From assembly GCA_012295275.1 (NCBI GenBank), contig CM022671.1:10602001-10666000 (forward strand): DNA of 64,000 nt. Reading direction: 5' to 3'. A program made the translations under genes and the position numbers. Source of the DNA: Chrysomallon squamiferum. Lineage: Eukaryota > Animalia > Mollusca. The notes under the pieces were generated by a model. It was not told the DNA's origin. It saw only the letters and a program-made list of their open reading frames with translations, and did not search any database. This document shows, piece after piece, positions 50,836 to 64,000 of this stretch (positions are counted from its first letter, which is position 1; each line of letters opens with the position of its first letter).

Positions 50836-52386
50836 TTTAATGAAATGTGCTTATTTCAAGCAACCAACTCAGCTTTCCTTCAACTGTTTTCTTATATAAT
50901 AGTTTTATCTGTTGAATTTTATAGATCTGATTAGAAACTTCTGAATTTATAAATATACTATTACAAAATGCAACATTGCTTAAAAATATCAAAAAAAGTG
51001 TGCATGAGTCTGATCTCATCAATGATTGTTAAAAGAAACCGAGACTATTCTTGGTTTGTGTTGAATGGCCAAACGTAGAATACATTAAAATAAATCTAAC
51101 AGTACTTAGTATTTCATCACTGTACATAATTTAAATAATGTCAAGTTTGTTGATCTTTTAAAAAAAACACTAATATTATTTCCTTTTGTTTAATTTAATC
51201 TACATATTGTAATTGAGAATTTCAAAAAAGTAAAATTTATGCCAGATGTACTTATTACTAGTAATTAACATTACTTCAGTTCAGATACTTTACTACGGTA
51301 ACCAACAATTTAAACTTAATACAAAGATCTTTCTTTCCATCTTGTGAGCATTTTTTCATGTTTAATTCTTTATTATATATAAATTTTATTTATTTCTACT
51401 AACTTCACTTCTATTCACTTGCTAGATTATAGAAACCAGAAGTTGAATACCATAAAGTTTAAATCTGATGAACTTATTTTTATTCAGTAACCTAACTTCT
51501 TTTCAGTTATATTACAACCATTATCAGTAATTATTATTTTATATAATAAATCTGCTGATCTGTCTCCTGCCCAGATTGTCTGAGAATTAAAATGTTTTAA
51601 CTGTTAGTTCACATTATATTAAATATACTTTTATTGTTTACTAAATGCTTATTAAATATCTGTTCCCTGAGGACTGAAATTATTTAGAAACTATTGCAAC
51701 CATTACCAGTAATAGTGTACCCAGAATTTAACCTCTTCACTACCAAGTGTTTATCTAAAGCAAACATATGTTAGAAGTAGATGATATCCAGGTATAGGAC
51801 TGATGACAATGAGGAAATTCACTGGAATTTGTACAGTGACAACTAACCTGTCAGTGTTTGTACATGGGAAGTCAAACCTGACCAGTATAGCAGATACTGC
51901 AGCTACTCAAGAGATTAAATACTATCGTCTGCTAATACCTATCCTAAATAATTTTGAATTGCTTTACAGAAATGAATAGGATATCTAAATCTGTATTTAT
52001 TTCTAAGGCTGGAAAACATTCCTTTTCTTTGATTTTGCTTTACACAGAATCAGTAATTTCTACTCAATGATTTTTTTCTTCTTATTTTTTTTTTTACAAA
52101 TAATCCATTTAAAACCTCAATCTTATATTACTTTTCTTTGTTTTCTTCTGTATTCATCATTTTAAATTTTTGGAAAATTCCCCTTACATTTTTCTACAGT
52201 GCAAAATGCCTAGATTTGTTTCATCGATTCATTGAATTTATTGTCATTCTTATTGTCATAATGTTTACATAAACAACTCATCAACTAAAAACTTTTTAAT
52301 GCATGTTCTGTATTATATTTTATAAAACTAACTTAACATTAATATTTAATACTTTATTCTTTTACTTATAGATATTATATAAATTT

Positions 52387-55122
52387 TCCATAAAGTAGCT
52401 ACTATTAGTTCTTTTCTTCTCGTTTCTTTTCTTTTCTTTATTTCTTAGAAAAAAAGAAAGAGAAAAAAGCATTCATTCATTCATTTCAGTATACTATAAA
52501 CAGAAATGGTTTCTAAATCAGTATATTTATATCAATATTTTATCATATATAAAATCATTAAAACAATATTTAAGGTATTCTCTTTTAAACACATTATTTT
52601 AGTTATAATAACTAAGGCAGCTACTTAATTAAATAATAAAAACATGAAATTGAAATCTCATACTTGTTAGTTATTAGAAATAGCCACAGCAATGCTTTAT
52701 ATTTGAAATAATGTCACCTAGCTTGAAATTCATGTTTTACTATAATTACTTTACAAAATGTTACTGCATGAAATATAGAATAATTACTGATATATATCCT
52801 TAAGTATTTAAACCATGAACAATAAAAAAAATTCGAATTCTAATAATAATACTAATAATAATACTAATAATATATCTTTGAAAAGTAAACATGACATTAA
52901 AATTTACTATTTTGTAAAAAGTTTAATTTTAATTTTAAATGCAATATTTATAAGTATTCTAGCTAACATTAAGTAAATGATAATATGATGAAAAAAGTAA
53001 ATATATCACCATAGAATATAAATTTTATACCTGTCAGGGATTAGAAATAAGCACATCAGACAAAGTTGTAAATTTTAATGTTAATTTATTTTCTTGTTTG
53101 AAACAGAGATTTTTAAACTGACAATGATTTCACTTTTCATTTGTAACTTTTTTTGTATTGCTGCTTTAAATAATAATGATAAGAATGAAACTTTAAAATA
53201 TATTGAAAATGTAACTAAATTACCCCATATTAAATAAAGTATATATATATAATTTTTTAAGGTTTACTTTCTGTTTTAATATGTAATGACTTAAAGGGAT
53301 ATGTAGACTATAATCCCCAACTGTTTTGGTATTACAGCACACTTGGCTGGTCAACCAGCATATTGACGCATGACAGTTCAAAACTTATAATGTTTGTTTT
53401 CTTACAAATGAAAATATAATGAGCATACTGCAGCCTTCTCAAGATTTTATTGATAAATTTAAACAAAACATATCACTGTTATGCTCCCCATTGGTGGAAG
53501 TGTCATATTTACACACCAGGCATATCAGATTATGGATGTAACCTTTCTATCTGTTTATCAATTAGTGCAGCATAGCAAGTGTTTGATAAGTAAAATGTTA
53601 ATGTGATAAATTTAATGTTTTGAAGACACCTATCATTCTGAATCTAAATCGATAAATTGAAATAAAATGAGAAGTGAAAGCTCTCCAATGATCTGTCTGC
53701 CCCACAGGAGTAATGAATGTATTCCAGATTATTCACTGGTCATTCACTGCTACTGCACAGACCATCACAGAGTAGAAAGACTTGTCCTGTTAGGCAAGAG
53801 AAATAGACAAAAGATTTTTCAAAGTTATTATTATTAAATCTCTGATGATCTGTCTGCCCTACAGGAAAAATGACACCATTCCAGTTATCTACTGGTCAGT
53901 CACTATTCCTGACCAGATCATCAAAGAATTAAAATATTTTAAGTTTACATTAGATTAGAGTGCATTAAACAGTTTTTGTTTTAAATTTTATTATTATTCC
54001 TTTTTTGTTTTTCTTTATCTAGTGCTTCTTAAATACCTCTTGCATGGATGCGCAAGTGAAATTAACTACCAAGAAATATAAATCTATAATTTTAATTGTA
54101 CAATTTGTTAACTTACTGAAATTTTAGTAGACATTTTCAAATAACTGGAATTATCAGTAAATATGACACTCATCAATGAACAGACAGGAGGGTGGAGACA
54201 ATCCCTATCTAAGATGGATGTCAGCAAACAGGATAGTCATGCGTCAGAATATCAGGAATGAGACTGCATTACCAGGACTGTTTCTACCTAGCATGGATTA
54301 TCAACTACAGGGCACAGTTTGGGCAATGATATTGGAATGCCTTAAACCTGCTGAAAAAATGGACACCACCCATCTAGTATTGTTGATTTTTCTAAACAAT
54401 TTTTAGTTTTCATTTTTTGTTTAAAGCAATGATTAGAGAAATGAATTAAAAAAAAGAAAAAAAGAAAAAAGAAATAAAAAGAAATTAAAAAAAGAAAACA
54501 ACATGATATGAAAAACATAAATTCCCCACTATGCTTTTATGACTGTAAAGTTTCATATGAAGTTATATCAATAAGTTCCAAAGTGTTTATTTATTTCACA
54601 TTTTGTTTATTTCTGTACCTGTATTACATCTACCCAACTGTTTATTTCAGCTACCAATGTAAGAGTTTAAATAACAGAACATTTAAATCAGATGTGCTTA
54701 TTTCTAATAACTAAGTCAATTTATATTCAGTAGTTTTACTATAGTTATTACTATTAACCATCAACTTCAATATTAAATACAAGGAAAAGAAAAGAAGTAA
54801 AAATAGATGCATTTGTTCCACAATATCCTAGACTGTTCAGTGGAAGCATTTTCAATAGATTTCCAAAACTAACATTTAAATGATGCAATGGTTGGTAAGC
54901 TTTTTTTGAAGAAACTAATGCTATTTCTTTTCATTTATTTTCATAGATATCTGAGAATATCAAAATGGTAAAATTTATATCAGATGTCCTTGTTTTTTTT
55001 AACTAACATTACCTCTGTTCAGTTATTTTATTAAAGTAACCAACAACTGAATGAAATCTGAATGAAAATGTACTTGTTTATAACAATATCCATGATACCT
55101 ATGTGTTTAAATTTTTAAATTC

Positions 55123-55157
<35 letters not shown>

Positions 55158-55835
55158 TTATAATACTTCTAAATATACAAGCTGTCTTCTGTTTAGTTGT
55201 TTATTTTGGACTAATGTCAAAAGAGCGGTCTCTGAGTTTATACAATCCTCAGTTTAAATCAGATGTGCTTATTTCCAGTAATCTGATCAACTTCTATTCA
55301 ACTGTTTAATTATATAATAATTTTAATAAAATTTATGCCAGCTATAAAAATAATTCTAACAATACTTAGCATTTCATCACTGTACACAATTTAAATAATG
55401 TAATGTCTGGTGAGCTTCTTTAAAGAAAGTAATGTTATTTCTTTAATTTTGTCTTTTTTTGTCCAAATGTTATAAATATCCACCCATTAAGAATATCAAT
55501 CTGGTTAAATTTATATCAGGTGTACTTATTTCTTTTAACATTACCTCTGTCCAGTTAGTTTATTAAAGTATCCAAAAACTGAATTCAGTCGAGTAAAATG
55601 TATTTGTTTCTAACACTATCCATCATGCCTATGTGTTTAAATTTTAAATTTTATTTAAATATTTATTTATTTATTTGTTTATTTATTGATATTTATTTAT
55701 TTATTTATTATATAATGTATCTAAATAAACAAGCTGTCTTGTCTTTGGCTGCTTATTTATGATTTCTATCACAAAAACTAACTGTCTCTGATTTTATATA
55801 ATACACTTTAAATCAAATGTGAATATTTCCAGTAA
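52387..55835 (+). repeat. Left arm of a near-identical inverted duplication (partner 61046-64000, running off the window)
   Basis: The reverse complement of the last 40 nt of the window matches from 52387. ORFs 54176-54406 and 54508-54714 mirror 61956-62213 and 61675-61881. Confidence 0.97.
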
Positions 55836-56887
55836 CCAGCCCAACTTCTATTCTACTCTGCTGTTATATAAGAATTTTAGTACAATTTATATCAGGTGTA
55901 CTTATTTCTTTTAACTAACATTACCTCTGTCCAGTTGTTTTATTAAAGTATCCAAATGTATTTGTTTCTAACAATATCCAACATGTCTATGTGTTTAAAT
56001 TTTAAACTTTATTTATTTAAATTTTATTTATTATATAATGTATCTAAATAAACAAGCTGTCTTCTCTTTAGTTGCTTATTTATGAATTCTATGAGAACAG
56101 CTGTCTCTGTTTTATATAATACAGTTTAAATCAAATGTGCTTATTTGCAGTAACCAGCCCACTTCTGTTCTACTCTTTTCTTACATAATTTTAGTAAAAT
56201 GTATGTTTGGTGTACTTATTTCTAGTAACTAGGATCGCCTCTGTTCAGTTGTTTTGTCTGAGTTGCCAACAACAGAATTAAATAATGTTTCTAAATAATC
56301 ATGCTGTCTTCTCCTTAGTTGCCCTTTTATGATTTCTATCACAACAGCTGTCTCTGATTTTATATAATACACAGTTTAAATCAAATGTGCTTATTTCCAG
56401 TAACCAGCCCAACTTCTATTCTACTTTTTTCTACATATACGAGTTTCCCCCGAAATAAAAAGAAAAAGGAAAAAGAAAAGAAAAAATAGGACCCAAAAGT
56501 ACCATGAAAATAAATCTATCCCACCAGTAAAACTGAAATAAACATCAACATGTTTGTACAAGTTATCATTTTGTTATTACATCCATATTTAAAATGTGTG
56601 GTCTGTACCTAATTTAGGTTTCTTCCTCGGGAATATGTTTATTTGCATTAGAAGTGTGAAATCATTGTATTTGCTCTGTCAATCAAAACGTTATCTGACT
56701 TGTTTTTAATTGTGCAGAACAACTAGCCTGGTTCACATGATCCCTGCTGTTAAAGTGAAAGGTTTCTCCCCACCACTATACAAATGACAATATTTCAAAT
56801 AAAAGTATACAAGACCAAATAGTACTAGCACTCTTTAGAATAGACAGACAGGCAGTTCCACGCCAATGTGTATTTTGTATTTAGATT

Positions 56888-56995
<108 letters not shown>

Positions 56996-59221
56996 GTTTA
57001 AGATCTACTTTCTACAAGTTACTATGATCGACATATTTCTACTGTACATAATCAGTACAGCACACAATGTTAGGCAAAAACTTGAAAAAGAACAAAATAA
57101 TTTGAAATGCTTTGATTGAAGTAAAATAAAATATATAATTTGCAAATGCAAATATTCATCTTTGTTTAATGGTTACTTTTGTTTGTTTCTACTTGTTTTA
57201 ACTTATTATTCATTTTCTCTTTTGTTTCTAAAAATGACTAATTTTACAAACATCACTAAGAAAGACACTGAATGAATTAATGACTGTCCAACAAAATACA
57301 GGACACATGATTTTTCTTTAGTAGTTATATCAGAGAGAAGAAACTGTGTACTGCTAGATTAATCAGAGAAAACATATATGACTGAACATGATGAAAACAA
57401 GCAGACAAGTGCATGGCACAGGAGTTGAACACAGTACAACCTGTGGATATTGCATATGACCACTTAAAACCATAAGAAGGGAAAAGGTTTAGATGAAGGC
57501 CAACAAGAGGAATGGAATATGAAGGAATGGACTGGACAAGGACTGGAAAGGTATTGGCTGCACGAAGACAAAACAAAAAGATTTTCAAACAATATGCTGA
57601 AGCTTTTTTCTCAACAATGGGAGCCTACATCAGTGATACTGATGAAACAGCAAGAAATGTTTTAAATGGATCTTTCACAGACAGAAAAGCATGTATTACA
57701 ATTTTGGGAACACCTCTAGATGACCCCTTGTTGTAAATGGAAATACTCTGTTGCTTTCAAAAGAAAACTGATCTTAACACAATTTTGAGCTTGACTCATT
57801 AAATACAACAACTGTGACAGGAATACAGTAATGTTCAGATACATGTTATTTATCTTTTGAAATTATAACTAATTTACAGTGAAAGAGGAATTAAAAAACC
57901 TCATTTTAACATTAACAGTTGGCTAGTTTTGTCACACAGCAGACAGGATTGTTTCATAATAGCTCTTTACAACAAGAGCAAAGAACAAACCATGGCCTTT
58001 GATGAAACAAACAAGGGCCACTGGCTGGAATGGGGAAATACCAAATGTTTATACCCATGTGCAAGAAGCAGCAAAGGATAAATATCTATTAGTTCTAATA
58101 AAATATAAAAATGATGAAATCAAATAAGAGGAAATCAGAAAATAGTTTCAGTCTTGGGGCAAAATAACCCTAGAAAAAGCATCTGTTTTCCTTGCTACAT
58201 GTCAAATTTTCTACTTCTTAATTCTAGCAATCAAGAAGAAGAGACAAAATGTTCTCAAAGAAAACTGTGGCAGTTTAACTTAATACTCTAAAGTTGTTGT
58301 TTTCTGAATGAAAACAAACCAACCTCATTTTTTTCATAAAGATTCACTTATATTCTTTAAGATGTTTTTCAATATTGTTTCTATTGAAAAAGAGATCTTA
58401 TCTTAGTATCATCTTGATGTCTAATGTTCTGCCACTGTAATTTTTTTTTCATAAATGCAATACATGTGTGGGTTTTGTGTGTTTGTGTGTGTTTTTTATT
58501 TAAGTGTTACATTTTCTTTTCATGATAATTTTAAAAAGTAAAAAAAAAGTAAAAGTAAATTTACACTACAAGGATTCTGTAAAAGAAATATTGGGAACAA
58601 CAAAAGTTTTCTCCATTACTGGTTGTCACTTTTACTTGAATGTGCTTATGATACATAAGTGGATACTTTTGTAACATTTTATGTGTTCATACAAATGTAT
58701 AACACTTTAAAGACAGTTTTACCTGAGAGATTACAGATAATCTTAATGTAAACATGGAGGTGTGGAAAAAAAATACCACATTGAAATAATTTTTGAAAAG
58801 AAAAATTAAAATGTACCACTACTGATTTAACTACTTTTTTTTTCTTCAAAAAACAAAAAGACAGAAATAAAATAACACAATACATTTATCTATTGTACTA
58901 TATGTATATCTTATTTGATACTGATTTTCTTTTCTCTTTCAAAATTGAGGTCTATTAATCTTATAATAAAACTGTAATTTTAAGTACACATATAGTAATT
59001 CTAAATAAAATAATAATGATAATAATAGTAATAATAATAATAATAGGAATAATAATAATAGTACTAGTAGTAGTAGCAAACAAATAAATAAATTAAACTA
59101 AAATATTTTTATTTTCATAACAGAAAAAAGAAACAAGAAATAATCAATGTAAATAATAATAATAATAATAATAATAATTACAATAATAAAGATAATGATA
59201 AAAAAAAAATAATAATAATAA

Positions 59222-59253
<32 letters not shown>

Positions 59254-60845
59254 AATAAATAAATAAACTAAAATATTTTTAAGTTCATTTAAAGAATAAT
59301 AATATTAATAATAACAATAATAAAAATAAATAAATAAACAAAATTTTTTTTTTTTTTTTTAAATAATGAAGTAAATTAAAGATTTTGAAAATCCATGTCA
59401 GAGAAAAAGAAAGAAAAAATAAATAAATATTAGGATCAAAATTATAAATTTGAAACAAAAAAAAATACAAGTAAACACATTTTAACCAATCAAAGTAAAA
59501 AAAAAAATAATAATAAAAGTATTTAGAACTTTTTTAAACACAGCAATAAATGAAACTTCATTTGACTGATGAAAATACTAACATACTTGATACTAGGAAT
59601 GCTAATTCTAACATTACAATAGCAATGTAGATAAAATACAGCAATTCAGAAATTATCTCGACTTACTAATAACTGTGGCTTGCTCATTATTGCTTTGTTC
59701 ACTTCCGTTCAAGCTTCCTTTTATAATGTCTTTTTCTTTCTTCTTTTTTTTCTACTGTTTTCTATCTTTTCTTCCTTATTTTAATTTTTGATGTTGATAT
59801 TTTCACCATTTTCACAAATTTGGAGAAAGTTTGTCTCACCAATTCCTGTAATCAAAAAAATATATGTACATGTTACTATTCATGATTAAGAAGTTAGCAA
59901 TAATAAATCAAAAATTGTTTTAATTTGTGAAACAAACACAATTTCAAATATCAGTATATATTTATGGATGATGATTGAAAAAGATATTGGAGGTTTTTCA
60001 GTTTATTTTCCTGTTGTTTATTTGTTTCTTTGTTTCTTTGTTTCTTCTTAATTGATGAGATTTATATAATTGTTATAAAAATTTAGATTTTCTTAAAGAA
60101 ATATTTATAGAAAATAAGAGTTTTATGCAAAATGAAACTGTTTATACTATTTTACAAAGTGTACTCTTTCAAGAAATAAAATAGTTTTTTTATTACTTAC
60201 TGTTCATACAAGCCACAGTAAGTATATGCACATGTTGTTTGTGCATGTATTTTGTAGACAGCATCTGTTTTCTGCTTTGCTTGTGCTTTATATTCTTTCT
60301 GAAGCTTCATAATCTGTAAAATAAAATAAAAATAAACAATAATAAATGATGATTAATTTTAGAAATCTTTAATGTTAAAACAGTTTTCACATATTTTATC
60401 AATTCAGAAAACTACTTTATTTTTATGAAAGAATTTAAAGCCATGTGCAGTTCTAAGCATCCAGTCAACAGTCTTGTATAATAACATTATGCACGACTGA
60501 CAGACCAACAGGCATCAAACCGTATCTCAAAATTCCATTAAATCTGCTTTTTACTAGTGTAGCCATGACAATGACAACTTATCAACACAAACAGTATTTT
60601 GGCTTTCTGTGACTGATGATACTAAAACATGCGCAGTATATGGTAATTAATTGCAAATAAGATAGTTAATTTTCATCCCCTGAAATGGCCTTAAAGGCTG
60701 AATACAAGCAATAACAGAAAATGAGTTGTATCAGCTTATGTATTTGAATGAATTTGTAACATAAAATAAGATTACAACTATATAATTACCACTGTAATAG
60801 CAGAAATTAATTTTATGACAGAAATATAGCATGCAAGTTCATTTT

Positions 60846-61045
60846 NNNNNNNNNNNNNNNNNNNNNNNNNNNNNNNNNNNNNNNNNNNNNNNNNNNNNNN
60901 NNNNNNNNNNNNNNNNNNNNNNNNNNNNNNNNNNNNNNNNNNNNNNNNNNNNNNNNNNNNNNNNNNNNNNNNNNNNNNNNNNNNNNNNNNNNNNNNNNNN
61001 NNNNNNNNNNNNNNNNNNNNNNNNNNNNNNNNNNNNNNNNNNNNN
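60846..61045. other. Assembly gap (200 N)
   Basis: Run of N. Confidence 1.
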
Positions 61046-64000
61046 TTACTGGAAATAAGCACATTTGATTTAAAGTGTATTATATAAAATCACAGACAGT
61101 TAGTTTTTGTGATAGAAATCATAAATAAGCAGCGAAAGAGAAGACAGCTTGTTTATTTAGATACATTATATAATAAATAAATAAATAAATAAATATAAAT
61201 AAATAAACAAATAAATAAATTAATAAATAAATATAAATAAATAAACAAATGAATAAATAAATATATAAATAATTTTTAAAATTTAAACACATAGGCATGA
61301 TGGATAGTGTTAGAAACAAGTACATTTTTGTTCAGATTTCATTCAGTTGTTGGTTTAATAAAATAACTGAACAGAAGTAATGTTAGTTAAAAGAAACATG
61401 CACATCTGATATAAATTTTACCATTTTGATATTCTCAGATATTTATGAAAATAAATGAAAAGAAATAGCATTAGTTTCTTCAAAAAAAGCTTCCTAACCA
61501 TTGCATCATTTAAATGTTAGTTTTGGAAATCTATTGAAAATGCTTCCACTGAACAGTCTAGGATATTGTGGAACAAATGCATCTATTTTTACTTCTTTTC
61601 TTTTCCTTGTATTTAATATTGAAGTTGATGGTTAATAGTAATAATTATAGTAAAACTACTGAATATAAATTGAGTTAGTTATTAGAAATAAGCACATCTG
61701 ATTTAAATGTTCTGTTATTTAAACTCTTACATTGGTAGCTGAAATAAACAGCTGAATAGATGTAATACAGGTACAGAGATAAACGAAATGTGAAATAAAT
61801 AAACACTTTGGAACTTATTGATATAACTTCACGGGAAACTTTACAGTCATAAAAGCATAGTGGGGAATTTATGTTTTTCATATCATGTTGTTTTCTTTTT
61901 TTAATTTCTTTTTATTTCTTTTTTCTTTTTTCTTTTTTTTAATTCATTTCTATAATCATTGCTTAAAACAAAAAATGAAAACTAAAAATTGTTTAGAAAA
62001 AATCAACAACACTAGATGGGTGGTGTCCATATTTTCAGCAGGTTTAAGGCATTCCAATACCATTGCCCAAACTGTGCCCTGTAGTTGATAATCCATCCTA
62101 GGCAGAAACAGTCCTGGTAATGCAGTCTCATTCCTGATATTCTGACGCATGACTATCCTGTTTGCTGACATCCATTTTAGATAGGGATTGTCTCCACCCT
62201 CCTGTCTGTTCATTGATGAGTGTCATATTTACTGATAATTCCAGTTATTTGAAAATGTCTACTAAAATTTCAGTAAGTTAACAAATTGTACAATTAAAAT
62301 TATAGCTTTATATTTCTTGGTAGTTAATTTCGCTTAAACATCCATGCAAGAGGTATTTAAGAAGCACTAGATAAAGAAAAACAAAAGGAATAATAATAAA
62401 ATTTAAAACAAAAACTGTTTAATGCACTCTAATGTAATGTAAACTTAAAATATTTAATTCTTTGATGATCTGGTCAGGAATAGTGACTGACCAGTAGATA
62501 ACTGGAATGGTGTCATTTTTCCTGTAGGGCAGACAGATCATCAGAGATTTAATAATAATAACTTTGAAAAATCTTTTGTCTATTTCTCTTGCCTAACAGC
62601 ACAAGTCTTTCTACTCTGTGATGGTCTGTGCAGTAGCAGTGAATGACCAGTGAATAATCTGGAATACATTCATTACTCCTGTGGGGCAGACAGATCATTG
62701 GAGAGCTTTCACTTCTCATTTTATTCCAATTTATCAATTTAGATTCAGAATGATAGGTGTCTTCAAAACATTAAATTTATCACATAAACATTTTACTTAT
62801 CAAACACTTGCTATGCTGCACTAATTGATAAACAGATAGAAGGGTTACATCCATAATCTGATATGCCTAGTGTGTAAATATGACACTTCCACCAATGGGG
62901 AGCATAACAGTGATATGTTTTGTTTAAATTTATCAATAAAATCTTGAGAAAGTGCAGTATGCTCATTATATTTTCATTTGTAAGAAAACAAACATTATAA
63001 GTTTTGAACTGTCATGCGTCAATATGCTGGTTGACCAGCCAAGTGTGCTGTAATACCAAAACAGTTGGGGATTATAGTCTACATATCCCTTTAAGTCATT
63101 ACATATTAAAACAGAAAGTAAACCTTAAAAAATTATATATATATACTTTATTTAATATGGGGTAATTTAGTTACATTTTCAATATATTTTAAAGTTTCAT
63201 TCTTATCATTATTATTTAAAGCAGCAATACAAAAAAAGTTACAAATGAAAAGGGAAATCATTGTCAGTTTAAAAATCTCTTTGTTTCAAACAAGAAAATA
63301 AATTAACATTAAAATTTACAACTTTGTCTGATGTGCTTATTTCTAATCCCTGACAGGTATAACATTTATATTCTATGGTGATATAATTACTTTTTTCATC
63401 ATATTATCATTTACTTAATGTTAGCTAGAATACTTATAAATATTGCATTTAAAATTAAAATTAAACTTTTTACAAAATAGTAAATTTTAATGTCATGTTT
63501 ACTTTTCAAAGATATATTATTAGTATTATTATTAGTATTATTATTATAATTAGAATTTTTTTTTTTGTTCATGATTTAAATACTTAAGGATATATATCAG
63601 TAATTATTCTATATTTCATGCAGTAACATTTTGTAAAGTAATTATAGTAAAACATGAATTTCAAGCTAGGTGACATTATTTCAAATATAAAACATTGCTG
63701 TGGCTATTTCTAATAACTAACAAGTATGAGATTTCAATTTAATGTTTTTATTATTTAATTAAGTAGCTGCCTTAGTTATTATAACTAAAATAATGTGTTT
63801 AAAAGAGAATACCTTAAATATTGTTTTAATGATTTTATATATGATAAAATATTGATATAAATATACTGATTTAGAAACCATTTCTGTTTATAGTATACTG
63901 AAATGAATGAATGAATGCTTTTTTCTCTTTCTTTTTTTCTAAGAAATAAAGAAAAGAAAAGAAACGAAAAGAAAAGAACTAATAGTAGCTACTTTATGGA
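61046..64000 (-). repeat. Right arm of the inverted duplication; lacks ~530 bp corresponding to ~55075-55605
   Basis: The junction near 61320 joins 55605-type sequence to 55075-type sequence within homologous tandem units. Confidence 0.95.

Noticed and set aside
54176-54714. ORFs repeated at 61675-62213, suggesting conservation
   Set aside because: Identity simply reflects the recent inverted duplication; the older copy near 50680 is not open in the same frame.
59690-60313. Two minus-strand exon-like segments (60313-60201 open as IMKLQKEYKAQAKQK..; next acceptor at 59845)
   Set aside because: Splicing them gives a stop after two codons; no recognisable domain.

Overview
Very AT-rich, repeat-dense eukaryotic scaffold with GT-AG introns, microsatellites and two 200-N gaps (16207-16406, 60846-61045). 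It is probably an invertebrate, possibly a mollusc (inference). No clearly intact host gene is present. Contents: (1) a decayed MULE NOF/Rehavkus-like element with a transposase tail, a USP (C19) domain, a second degenerate USP-like segment and a Ulp1-like (C48) domain, cut off by a Buster/Charlie-type hAT remnant; (2) a ~6.2 kb duplicated segment (5574-16206 vs 30113-36356) whose first copy carries a 4.45 kb TIR transposon, so filled and empty sites can be compared, encoding a divergent hAT-like DDE transposase with a Spindlin-like Tudor tail; (3) the last three exons of a TRAF4-like gene with an in-frame TGA; (4) a Penelope-type RT remnant; (5) a partial, divergent C-type lectin gene; (6) a 149-nt minus-strand sequence (46854-47002) resembling RTE 5' ends that can be hand-folded into a non-canonical HDV-like double pseudoknot; (7) several direct and inverted duplications, MITEs, a hairpin-unit tandem repeat and microsatellites. 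All calls come from manual reading; no database searches were run, and identities are visual estimates.
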